From positions 2,579,166 to 2,643,165 of the forward strand of contig OZ243951.1 in NCBI GenBank assembly GCA_965214565.1: DNA of 64,000 nucleotides, in the 5' to 3' direction. The translations under genes and the position numbers were made by a program. Shown piece by piece: positions 32,059 through 40,692 of this stretch. The notes under the pieces are model-generated. The model ran no database searches. It was not told where the DNA came from and saw only the letters and a list, made by a program, of their open reading frames with translations. This DNA comes from Candidatus Aldehydirespiratoraceae bacterium. GTDB taxonomy: Bacteria > Actinomycetota > Acidimicrobiia > Acidimicrobiales > Aldehydirespiratoraceae. Numbering within the stretch: position 1 is the first letter of the stretch; the number at the start of each line of letters is the position of its first letter.

Positions 32059-32661
32059 ATGAGCGGACTGCCCAGGCGGACTCTGGACCAGGCGCAAGTG
32101 GTCGAGTGCGCCTCTTCTCTGGCAGACAGCGAGGGCTTCGACGCGGTCACACTCACTCGCGTTGCTGACGAACTCGGTGTTCGTCAACCAGCGCTGTATC
32201 GCCATGTCGAAGGGTATGACGACCTCGTGAAACAACTGGCTCTGAGAGGTCGCGAGAAACTCGCCCGTTCGCTGACCGAGGCAGCCGTCGGTGTGTCGGG
32301 CCCCGAGGCCGTCGTAGCAATCGGGCGGGCCTGGCGGGAGGTCGTGAGGACTCATCCTGGCCTGTATGCCGCAACCGACCGACATCCCTGCGCGGGCGAT
32401 GTTGAATTGGAGGAGGCGGTGGAGAGGATCGTGGGGGTCATTGCGCGGTCTTTGGGGAGCTTCAGCATCGACGAAGCTGAGCGTGTTCATGTGGCGCGCG
32501 GGTTGCGGAGTTCTTTCCACGGGTTCTCTCATCTTGAGTCTGGTGACGGGCATCCACACGAACACGACCTTGATGACACGTTCGATCATCTGCTGGAGCT
32601 CTTGATCGCCGGGATCCGCCATCTGGAGCGGGATTCTGCGCTAGATAGTCTTGCGGACTAG
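32059..32661 (+). CDS. TetR-family transcriptional regulator
   Basis: FDAVTLTRVADELGVRQPALYRHVEGYDDLVKQLA helix-turn-helix. Confidence 0.9.
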   Translation: MSGLPRRTLDQAQVVECASSLADSEGFDAVTLTRVADELGVRQPALYRHVEGYDDLVKQLALRGREKLARSLTEAAVGVSGPEAVVAIGRAWREVVRTHPGLYAATDRHPCAGDVELEEAVERIVGVIARSLGSFSIDEAERVHVARGLRSSFHGFSHLESGDGHPHEHDLDDTFDHLLELLIAGIRHLERDSALDSLAD

Positions 32662-32712
32662 TTATAGGCTCTTACAACCGTTTCGGAATGTAGTCGGAAT
32701 GTAGGAGGAAGC

Positions 32713-34479
32713 ATGACCCGGATGACCCCCAGCGAAGCGTTCGTCGAAACCATGGTTGCCAATGGTGTGACCACCGTCTTCGGGATCATGGGCAGCGCGT
32801 TCATGGACGCCATGGACATTTTCGAGCCCGCAGGCATCGAGTTGGTACCTGTGGTCCACGAACAGGGTGCCGCCCACATGGCCGACGGCTACGCCCGGGT
32901 CAGTGGTCGCCATGGAGTCGTCATCGGCCAGAACGGCCCCGGCATCTCCAACTGTGTGACGGCAATCGCGGCCGCCTTCTGGGCACACAGCCCCGTGGTC
33001 ATCGTCACCCCCGAAGCCGGGACGATGGGAATGGGCCTCGGCGGTTTCCAAGAAGCCAACCAGCTGCCGATGTTCGAGGAGTTCACCAAGTATCAGGGCC
33101 ACATCAACAACGAGAATCGCATGGCCGAGATCACTGCCCGCTGCTTCGACCGGGCGCTGTCGGAAATGGGTCCGACACAACTCAACATTCCCCGTGACCG
33201 CTTCTACGGCGACATCAACGTGGATATCCCGACCCCGATGCGCCTGGACCGGGGCCCCGGTGGTGAGCGAACGCTGAACGAAGCGGCGGACCTGTTGGCC
33301 CAAGCCCAGTTCCCGGTCATCGTCAGCGGGGGCGGCGTCGTGATGGGTGACGGCATGGCCGAGACGATCGCCCTGGCCGAGAGACTCGGCGCCCCGGTCC
33401 TCAACAGCTACCTGCACAACGATTCGTTCCCCGCCGGCCATCCGCAGTGGTGCGGCCCACTGGGCTATCAGGGCTCGAAAGCCGCGATGAAACTGATCGC
33501 GCGGGCTGATGTGGTGCTGGCGCTCGGCACCCGCCTGGGGCCGTTCGGTACCCTTCCCCAGCATGGTCTCGACTACTGGCCGGCCGATGCGAGGATCATT
33601 CAGGTAGACGCCGACTCGAAGATGCTCGGGCTGGTCAAGAAGATCGATGTCGGAATCTGCGGCGATGCCGGTGCCGCCGCGGCCGCTCTGACCTCGCGGT
33701 TGGCGCAGCGCACGCTGGTAGCGGACGGCAACCGCGTCGAACGGGAGTCCACGATGCGCGCTGAGAAGTCAGCCTGGGAGGCCGAACTAGACGACTGGAC
33801 CGAGGAGACCGACGACTTCAGCATCGACATGATCAAGGAGGCAGCAGCCGAGGAGGGTAGTTGGCTGCACCCCCGCCAGGCCCTGCGCGAACTGGAGAAG
33901 GCGATGCCGGCTCGGGTGATGGTGTCCACCGACATCGGCAACATCAACTCGGTATCCAACAGTTACCTGCGTTTCGAGGAGCCCCGGTCATTCTTCGCGG
34001 CCATGAGCTGGGGCAACTGCGGTTATGCGCTGCCCACCATCATCGGCGCCAAGAAGGCTGCCGACGACCGTCCCGCGGTGGCGTACGCCGGTGACGGTGC
34101 CTGGGCAATGAGCATGGTCGAGGTGATGACCGCGGTGCGCCACGACATTCCCGTCACAGCAGTCGTGTTCCACAACCGCCAATGGGGAGCAGAGAAGAAG
34201 AACCAGGTCGACTTCTACGGTCGCCGGTTCGTGGCCGGGGAACTCGAAGGTGGCGAGAACTACGCCCACATCGCCGACGCGATGGGGGCGACAGGTGTTC
34301 GTGTTGACCAGCTTGATGACGTCGGGCCGGCGCTGGAGCGGGCGATCGACGATCAGATGACGAAACGGCAGACCACGGTGATTGAGGTCATGACCACCAA
34401 GGAACTCGGCGACCCCTTCCGCAAGGACGCCCTGAGTCGCCCGGTCCGCCACCTGGAGAAGTACGCCGATTACACCTAG
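32713..34479 (+). CDS. xsc: Sulfoacetaldehyde acetyltransferase (ThDP-dependent)
   Basis: MTPSEAFVETMVANGVTTVFGIMGSAFMDAMDIF, EQGAAHMADGYARVSG, AMSWGNCGYALPTIIGAK; adjacent pta. Confidence 0.93.
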   Translation: MTRMTPSEAFVETMVANGVTTVFGIMGSAFMDAMDIFEPAGIELVPVVHEQGAAHMADGYARVSGRHGVVIGQNGPGISNCVTAIAAAFWAHSPVVIVTPEAGTMGMGLGGFQEANQLPMFEEFTKYQGHINNENRMAEITARCFDRALSEMGPTQLNIPRDRFYGDINVDIPTPMRLDRGPGGERTLNEAADLLAQAQFPVIVSGGGVVMGDGMAETIALAERLGAPVLNSYLHNDSFPAGHPQWCGPLGYQGSKAAMKLIARADVVLALGTRLGPFGTLPQHGLDYWPADARIIQVDADSKMLGLVKKIDVGICGDAGAAAAALTSRLAQRTLVADGNRVERESTMRAEKSAWEAELDDWTEETDDFSIDMIKEAAAEEGSWLHPRQALRELEKAMPARVMVSTDIGNINSVSNSYLRFEEPRSFFAAMSWGNCGYALPTIIGAKKAADDRPAVAYAGDGAWAMSMVEVMTAVRHDIPVTAVVFHNRQWGAEKKNQVDFYGRRFVAGELEGGENYAHIADAMGATGVRVDQLDDVGPALERAIDDQMTKRQTTVIEVMTTKELGDPFRKDALSRPVRHLEKYADYT

Positions 34480-34547
34480 CTTGCTGGCCAGTACCGAGCT
34501 TTGCTGCTACGGCGCGGCTGAGTGGTCGGCACTGCTTGTAGGTCGGG

Positions 34548-35075
34548 TCAGGTCGGTTGCGCGGGGCCGGTGAGTGAACTCAACAGGGCGTCGATTGCCT
34601 GGTCGGCGATGGCCACCATCTCGTCGTCGGTGCGGTCCTGGATGGGGTGCTCGGTCAGGACGTGGGCTATGTCACCCCCGAGGCTCCTGCTCTGCTGCTC
34701 CGCACCGTCGGCGAACTCGACGGTGGCGACGAACACTCCCGGAATGCCCCTGCGTTCAAGATCGTTGATGTCGTGCACACTGCACGTCGTGCAGGAACCT
34801 CAATCGGCGAGCGCTTCGATCACCGCGTCGCACGACACAGCGATCTCATGGCGCAGGTCGACAGGGGCCGGCTTGGTGAAGGTCGGCTTCTTGTAGCGCT
34901 TCACCTCGGCACCCAGCTCGGTCAGCTTCTTCTGAACTCGATCGAGAAATATGTCTCCGCGGGGTTTGGAGATGTCGAGCAGTCCGACCGTGAGCCCGTT
35001 GAGAGACTCGGGTCTGGCGACACGCTCACGTTTCTCAGGCCGCAATTCAGCTGTGGGATCCAGTACAACAGTCAT
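34548..35075 (-). CDS. UGSC-type predicted selenoprotein, UGA at 34800..34802 read as selenocysteine
   Basis: ORFs 34800..35075 and 34548..34778 are in the same frame separated by TGA plus contiguous open codons: VSCDAVIEALAD-U-GSCTTCSVHDINDLERRGIPGVFVATVEF. Confidence 0.82.
34772..34786 (-). promoter_or_regulatory. Candidate bacterial SECIS apical hairpin
   Basis: Minus strand CGTGCA-GTG-TGCACG, perfect 6-bp stem, loop 20-22 nt downstream of the UGA. Confidence 0.6.
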
Positions 35076-36520
35076 CGAGTGATCTCCTTTGTGACGGTCA
35101 CGCTACCGGTTGCGCCCGAAACCCAGCCGGCGATGGTGGTGGAGAACAGGCCTGCTCGGCTGCCTCCATGCACGACATGGATGCCTCCGGGCGGGAATTT
35201 CGGCAGTTGGTGGCCCGCCAGGAACGCGGGCATTCCCTCCTCGATTCCGTCGGCGCCTGCGACTATGTCGTCACCGTCGATCATCAGCAGCGCTTCGAGT
35301 TCTGCCAGAAAGCGGGCCCTGTCCCAACCGGCATCTCGATACCGGGCCATATGTTCGGGACTCATCACGATCACGGTCTCCATCTGCATCACCATCCTCG
35401 GGCTGACGTTGACGCACAGCATCTCGGCGAAGTGCCTGGTGAGCGATTCGGCCGAGCGGGACTTCTGATCAAACATCAGTCTGGGGCCCTCTCCTGGAAA
35501 CAGGGTGACGGTCGAAGCGGATCGATCAAAGCCGCGAGACTCGGCGTACGTGTCGAATGCGCTGCCCTCCTCGTCCTCGGCGAAGCACAACCCGATCTTC
35601 GAGGGACTGCCCTGGGTTGCACGGTCGACGCCTCCCGGTCTTCCACCACCGACGTTGCGGATGACCAACTGCAGGGCCCGACCGATCGTGGAGTTGGCGC
35701 GGTTGCCCTGGCCGAGCAGGTTTGTGCCGCTGTTCATGCCGATCTCGGCCCGGACGGGTCCGTTGACGATGAGGATCGGCCCGACCGGCATGGTTGTGGC
35801 CAACAGTCCGTGCATGTTGAACTCGTCGGTACAGGCGGCCGCGACCGCGGTCAGCACGACAGGCAGGTATTCGGGCCTGCATCCGGCCATCACCGCGTTG
35901 ATGGCGACCTTCTCGACGGAGCACTCCACGAGATCTGGCGGGACGACGGCCACAATCTCGTCGGGGGCGCGGCTCGTGCCCTCGAGCATCCGCAGAACCC
36001 GCGCCTCGGTGGGTGGCACAACGGGCATTCCGTCGGTGAATCCGCGGTCGAACATGGCTTCGATGTCGTCTTCGAGTGAGGCCAGTTCGAGCCGGCGACT
36101 CTTGAGTCTCGAACCCGAGAAACGCACGGCGAGTTCGTCGCTGAGGTTGGGATCGACGCTGAGGGAACCGCACCCCGGTCTGAAGTCGGGAAGGTCGGTT
36201 CCGAGGTGCTCGAGTCCGCTGAACTCCTCCCACTGTTGGCGGGACCAGCCGACAATGCGGTCGGCTTCGGAACCGTTGTCGACTCGCAGCAGTGTGGGGA
36301 CCGTCTCGATCTGGTTGTGCCATGACATCGCCAGGTCTTCGTCGTGGACGACCCACGGCGCGGCTTGAGGGAAGTTGGGGTCGTCCTGGGTGACGACTGT
36401 GATGTCGGCGCGTTCAGCCATGTCGGTGAGGACTGGGGCCACCAGTACACATGTGGGGCAGTCCTTCTTGACTACGGCTACGAGACCGTCTGGGAGTGGA
36501 GCGGACTGCGGACTGGTCAC
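35072..36520 (-). CDS. Thioredoxin-like domain (CPTC) fused to UGSC-partner domain
   Basis: VAVVKKDCPTCVLVAPVLTDMAERADITVVTQDD... then FDRGFTDGMPVVPPTE...GGRPGGVDRATQGSPSKIGLCFAEDEE; ATGA overlap with selenoprotein gene. Confidence 0.75.
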   Translation of the reverse strand: MTSPQSAPLPDGLVAVVKKDCPTCVLVAPVLTDMAERADITVVTQDDPNFPQAAPWVVHDEDLAMSWHNQIETVPTLLRVDNGSEADRIVGWSRQQWEEFSGLEHLGTDLPDFRPGCGSLSVDPNLSDELAVRFSGSRLKSRRLELASLEDDIEAMFDRGFTDGMPVVPPTEARVLRMLEGTSRAPDEIVAVVPPDLVECSVEKVAINAVMAGCRPEYLPVVLTAVAAACTDEFNMHGLLATTMPVGPILIVNGPVRAEIGMNSGTNLLGQGNRANSTIGRALQLVIRNVGGGRPGGVDRATQGSPSKIGLCFAEDEEGSAFDTYAESRGFDRSASTVTLFPGEGPRLMFDQKSRSAESLTRHFAEMLCVNVSPRMVMQMETVIVMSPEHMARYRDAGWDRARFLAELEALLMIDGDDIVAGADGIEEGMPAFLAGHQLPKFPPGGIHVVHGGSRAGLFSTTIAGWVSGATGSVTVTKEITR

Positions 36521-36624
36521 CCGTCAACTGTGGCACAAGAAGAAGTTGGCGGTCACGCTGACAGAAGCGACATCTGTCACACTCGGTGTGCGAGGCCTGT
36601 CGGCTCGCGTACGGTGAAAAAGCA

Positions 36625-37530
36625 ATGGGGGATAAGCAAGAGACTGTGGTCGTGTCGTTCCACGGCGTTCGCGGTTCGACGCCGTGCAGTTGCCCCACGG
36701 TGCAGCGCTACGGAGGGAATACCAGTTGCGTTTCGGTGGAAACCACCGATCACGACCCGATCGTTCTGGACCTGGGAACGGGCCTGCGCCCGTGGGGTTG
36801 TGCGATGTCACCCCAGAACGGGTTGACACTGCATGCGTTGGTCACGCATCTTCACTGGGACCACATCCAGGGTCTGCCGTTCTTTGCACCGCTGCTCTGT
36901 GCGGACACCACGCTGAACATCTATGGGCCCACTGAACATCCAGAGTCGCTGGCGGAGGCGTTCGGTCGGTTCATCGCTCCGCCGTTCTTCCCGATCCGTA
37001 CCGCAGAACTTCCGGCTACGATCAATTTCCACGAGGTCAGCAGCAGCGACTTCGTGCTGGGCCTCGCCTCGGTGATGGCGAGACCGGTGCCCCATGTCGG
37101 CAACACCAACGGGTACCGGCTCAATCTGCATGGCTTCTCGATCGCTTATATTCCCGATCACCAGGAGCCGATCCACGATCCGGGACATGTCGATGAATCC
37201 GTTCTTGAACTGTGCGACGGTGCCGACCTGTTGATTCACGACGGGCAACTGTGGCCCGAAGAACTTGCGCTGAAGCAGGCTTGGGGCCACTGCACGCCCG
37301 AGTACGCACTCGAGGTCGCCCGCCAGGCCGGGGTCGACACACTGGCGTTGTTTCATCACGACCCCTCTCACGACGACGCCTCAGTCGACGAGATGGTGCA
37401 GCGTTTGGGCGAACGGGGAGCGGAAGCAGGCGTGAGCACTGTGCTGGCGGCCAAAGAGGGCACGAGCCTGACATTCTCCGTGGCGAACAAGCCTTTCGCC
37501 AGCCTGCGCGAGCAGTCCGTTCGGCCGTAG
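36625..37530 (+). CDS. MBL-fold metallo-hydrolase
   Basis: GVRGSTPCS...YGGNTSCV...LDLGTGLRPWG...LVTHLHWDHIQG. Confidence 0.9.
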   Translation: MGDKQETVVVSFHGVRGSTPCSCPTVQRYGGNTSCVSVETTDHDPIVLDLGTGLRPWGCAMSPQNGLTLHALVTHLHWDHIQGLPFFAPLLCADTTLNIYGPTEHPESLAEAFGRFIAPPFFPIRTAELPATINFHEVSSSDFVLGLASVMARPVPHVGNTNGYRLNLHGFSIAYIPDHQEPIHDPGHVDESVLELCDGADLLIHDGQLWPEELALKQAWGHCTPEYALEVARQAGVDTLALFHHDPSHDDASVDEMVQRLGERGAEAGVSTVLAAKEGTSLTFSVANKPFASLREQSVRP

Positions 37531-37541
37531 AAGGGAACCGG

Positions 37542-38045
37542 ATGTCTATTGACTCAAGTGAGTTCCGACGGGTGCTCGGACACTTCCCCACCGGGGTGAC
37601 AGTGGTGACCGCCCCGACCGAGCAGGGTCCTGTCGGTATGGCGATCGGGTCTTTCGCGAGCGTCTCGCTGGATCCTCCGCTGGTGATGTTCTGTCCGGGC
37701 AAGGAATCGGCGACCTGGGCGAAGATGGCCGGGACGGACCGTTTCTGTGTGAACGTGCTCGGCGAAGACCAAGCGGATGTGTGCGGGGTGTTCGCCAGCA
37801 AGGCCGATGACAAGTTTGCTGGGGTCGAATGGAGCACCAGAGTCACCGGCTCCCCGGTTCTCGGCGGCTCGATTGCGTGGATCGACTGCGAGGTCCATGC
37901 CATACACGACGGCGGCGACCACGACATCGTCGTAGGTCTGGTCAAGGGACTCTCGACCGAGAGCGGCTCCGAAGACGAACCGGGGAACAGCAGGGGCCCC
38001 CTGCTGTTCTACCGTGGTGGCTACGGCCGTTTCGAGCGGATCTAA
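37542..38045 (+). CDS. Flavin reductase family protein
   Basis: FRRVLGHFPTGVTVVTAP...GMAIGSFASVSLDPPLVMFCPGKES. Confidence 0.92.
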   Translation: MSIDSSEFRRVLGHFPTGVTVVTAPTEQGPVGMAIGSFASVSLDPPLVMFCPGKESATWAKMAGTDRFCVNVLGEDQADVCGVFASKADDKFAGVEWSTRVTGSPVLGGSIAWIDCEVHAIHDGGDHDIVVGLVKGLSTESGSEDEPGNSRGPLLFYRGGYGRFERI

Positions 38046-38563
38046 TGCCGATTTACGCTCTCGGTGACCGCATCCCGGAAATCGACGCTGACGCCTACGT
38101 CCATCCGGATGCGACCCTCATCGGCAGCGTGATCCTCGGCCCGCAGAGTTCTGTTTGGCCCAACGCGGTGATCCGCGCCGATGACAACGTGATCAGTATC
38201 GGACGGGGCTCGTCGATCCAGGACGGCGCGGTGCTGCATTGCACTGAGGTGCATTCCACGGTCATCGGCGACTATGTGACGATCGGCCACCTGGCTCATC
38301 TCGAGGGCTGCCAGATCCTGGAACGTTCGCTGGTCGGCAGCGGTTCGGTGATTCTGCACGATGCGGTTGTCGGGCCCGAGGCGCTCATCGGAGCGTCCGC
38401 GATGGTTCCAGCCAAGATGGTCGTGCCCGCCTTGGCGATGGCGCTGGGGGTGCCGGCTAGAATCCGCGAGAACGCACTCACTGAGGGAGCCAACAGCCTC
38501 AACGTAGAGAGTTACATCCGCCGTGCTCGCTACTACCCTTCTCAACTGCGCCGAATCGATTGA
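38045..38563 (+). CDS. Gamma-class carbonic anhydrase family protein (left-handed beta helix)
   Basis: MPIYALGDRIPEIDADAYVHPDATLIGSVILGPQSSVWPNAVIRAD...IGHLAHLEGCQI. Confidence 0.9.
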   Translation: MPIYALGDRIPEIDADAYVHPDATLIGSVILGPQSSVWPNAVIRADDNVISIGRGSSIQDGAVLHCTEVHSTVIGDYVTIGHLAHLEGCQILERSLVGSGSVILHDAVVGPEALIGASAMVPAKMVVPALAMALGVPARIRENALTEGANSLNVESYIRRARYYPSQLRRID

Positions 38564-38657
38564 CTCAGCAGCGCAGAAACCGTAGACGTTCGGCCTCTTA
38601 TTTGTTACTATCCAGATAGGAGAAATATGTCGAGCAGCGCCTCTAGGAGTGATCACG

Positions 38658-40079
38658 ATGACATCCACTGAGATTGGGACATCCACAGACATCGGCGTCG
38701 ACCTCGGCAAGTACCAACTGGGTTGGAGCGACGAGGAAGACTACGTCTTCAAGCCCCAGAAAGGGCTCAACGAGGAGATCCTCCGCGAGATGTCGTGGCT
38801 CAAGGGCGAGCCTCAGTGGATGCTCGACTTCCGCCTGAAGTCGTACCGGCGATTCGGCAACCGCCCGATGCCCCACTGGGGCGGCGACATGTCCGACATC
38901 GACTTCGACAACATCTACTACTACATCAAACCCACCGAAGAACTTAGCGACGACTGGGACGACGTCCCCGAGTCCATCAAGAACACCTACGAGAAGCTCG
39001 GCATCCCCGAGGCTGAGCGGAAATATCTCGCCGGGGTTACCGCCCAGTACGAATCCGAGGTCGTATACCACCGCAACCGTGAAGACCTCGAAGCACAGGG
39101 TGTGCTGTTCTCCGACATGGACACGGCGCTGCGCGAGTACCCCGACATGGTCAAACGGTACTTCGGCAAGGTCATCCCTCCCAACGACAACAAGTTCTCT
39201 GCGCTCAACAGCTCCGCCTGGTCGGGAGGCTCGTTCATCTACGTGCCCCCCGGCGTCGAGGTCGAGATGCCGTTGCAGGCCTACTTCCGGATCAACGCCG
39301 AGAACATGGGCCAGTTCGAGCGCACCCTGATCATCGCTGACGAGGGTTCCAAGGTGCACTACATCGAGGGCTGCTCAGCACCGACCTACACGTCCGACTC
39401 ACTGCATTCAGCAGTTGTCGAGATCATCGTGAAACCGTCGGCGCGGGTGACCTACACCACCATCCAGAACTGGTCCGACAACGTGTTCAACCTGGTCACC
39501 AAACGTGCCTACGTGGAAGCTGAAGGGCACATGGAGTGGATCGACGGCAACATCGGCTCGAAACTGACCATGAAGTACCCGGCGGTTGTGCTCGCCGGCC
39601 CCAAAGCCTCCGGTGAGGTGCTCTCTGTTGCGTATGCCGGGCCGAACCAACATCAGGACACCGGTGCCAAGATGACTCACGTGGCACCTGAGACGACCTC
39701 CAAGATCGTCTCGAAGTCGATATCAAAGGACGGTGGCCGCACCTCGTATCGAGGTTTGGTGCGGGTTGAGGACGATGCGTACGGCTGCAAGAGCCATGTC
39801 CAGTGCGACGCCCTGATCCTCGATGAGGATTCCGTCTCCGACACCTACCCTTACATGGAGGTCGGTTCGGGCGATGCCGTCATCGGCCATGAGGCCACGG
39901 TGAGCCGGGTCGCCGACGAGCAACTGTTCTATCTGCAGAGTCGCGGCCTGACAGAGGAGCAGGCGATGGGCATGATCGTCAACGGCTTCATCGAGCCGGT
40001 CACCCGCACTCTGCCGATGGAGTACGCAGTCGAATGGAGCCGCTTGATCGAACTGCAGATGGAGGGAAGCGTCGGCTGA
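38658..40079 (+). CDS. sufB: Fe-S cluster assembly protein SufB
   Basis: [26 protein letters not shown]...[19 protein letters not shown]...[19 protein letters not shown]. Confidence 0.97.
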   Translation: MTSTEIGTSTDIGVDLGKYQLGWSDEEDYVFKPQKGLNEEILREMSWLKGEPQWMLDFRLKSYRRFGNRPMPHWGGDMSDIDFDNIYYYIKPTEELSDDWDDVPESIKNTYEKLGIPEAERKYLAGVTAQYESEVVYHRNREDLEAQGVLFSDMDTALREYPDMVKRYFGKVIPPNDNKFSALNSSAWSGGSFIYVPPGVEVEMPLQAYFRINAENMGQFERTLIIADEGSKVHYIEGCSAPTYTSDSLHSAVVEIIVKPSARVTYTTIQNWSDNVFNLVTKRAYVEAEGHMEWIDGNIGSKLTMKYPAVVLAGPKASGEVLSVAYAGPNQHQDTGAKMTHVAPETTSKIVSKSISKDGGRTSYRGLVRVEDDAYGCKSHVQCDALILDEDSVSDTYPYMEVGSGDAVIGHEATVSRVADEQLFYLQSRGLTEEQAMGMIVNGFIEPVTRTLPMEYAVEWSRLIELQMEGSVG

Positions 40080-40182
40080 CGCTCTGCAGGTTGACCCCTG
40101 CTGATCCACCCCTGCCGGTTCGCTCGACAGATCAGTCAATCGGGTTAGTGACGCAGCGAGATCACTGCGCGACAATAGGGGC

Positions 40183-40539
40183 ATGCCGATGCGCCAGGAC
40201 TGCAAGTACTTTGAATCCCGCACGTATGCCAACGGCGACACCGTTCGCAAGTGCGACCTCGACCTTGCTCCCGAAGCACCTTGGCGCTGTCCTGACGAAT
40301 GCCCGAAATACACCCGCCGTATGGCGGATGTGAATTGGAGCCACGGATCGCTGATCACGCCGGTCACGCCGGCAGAACCTTCGAGTCTCGGCAGCGACGA
40401 CAGCATCGGTGCGTTGCTCGACGCTGCCGAGGACATCATCAACGAGGCCGCGCCTGAGGTGCTACAGGAGATCGAAGCTGAGCACCAGAGAGCCTCGCGC
40501 CGCGGGTTGGGTCGTTTCCTTCGCCGGCGCCCCCGCTGA
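40183..40539 (+). CDS. Hypothetical protein, cysteine-containing N-terminus
   Basis: MRQDCKYFESRTYANGDTVRKCDLDLAPEAPWRCPDECPKYTRR; lies between sufB and sufD. Confidence 0.7.
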   Translation: MPMRQDCKYFESRTYANGDTVRKCDLDLAPEAPWRCPDECPKYTRRMADVNWSHGSLITPVTPAEPSSLGSDDSIGALLDAAEDIINEAAPEVLQEIEAEHQRASRRGLGRFLRRRPR

Positions 40540-40692
40540 GAGGGGCGGCTCACGCCGGGCGTGGCCGGAGCCGCAGTTGGTTCTGGCGGGGGAGAGGGTT
40601 GCGGGGTGAGTGAATCTGGTGCCGCTCGACGGCGGCGGCGGTAGCATTGCCCGTGTTTACCGGCCCTCGGGCCTTCTTCATCGGGCAGGGTC

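Noticed and set aside
34779-34802. Selenoprotein UGA as a plain sequencing error or pseudogene stop
   Set aside because: Not excluded, but downranked: UGA lies exactly at the U of a UGSC motif, both flanks stay in frame, and a SECIS-like hairpin sits at the right distance.
37212-37541. Extended N-terminus of the flavin reductase ORF
   Set aside because: Overlaps the MBL hydrolase coding sequence; conserved protein begins at MSIDSSEFRRVLGHFPTG (37542).
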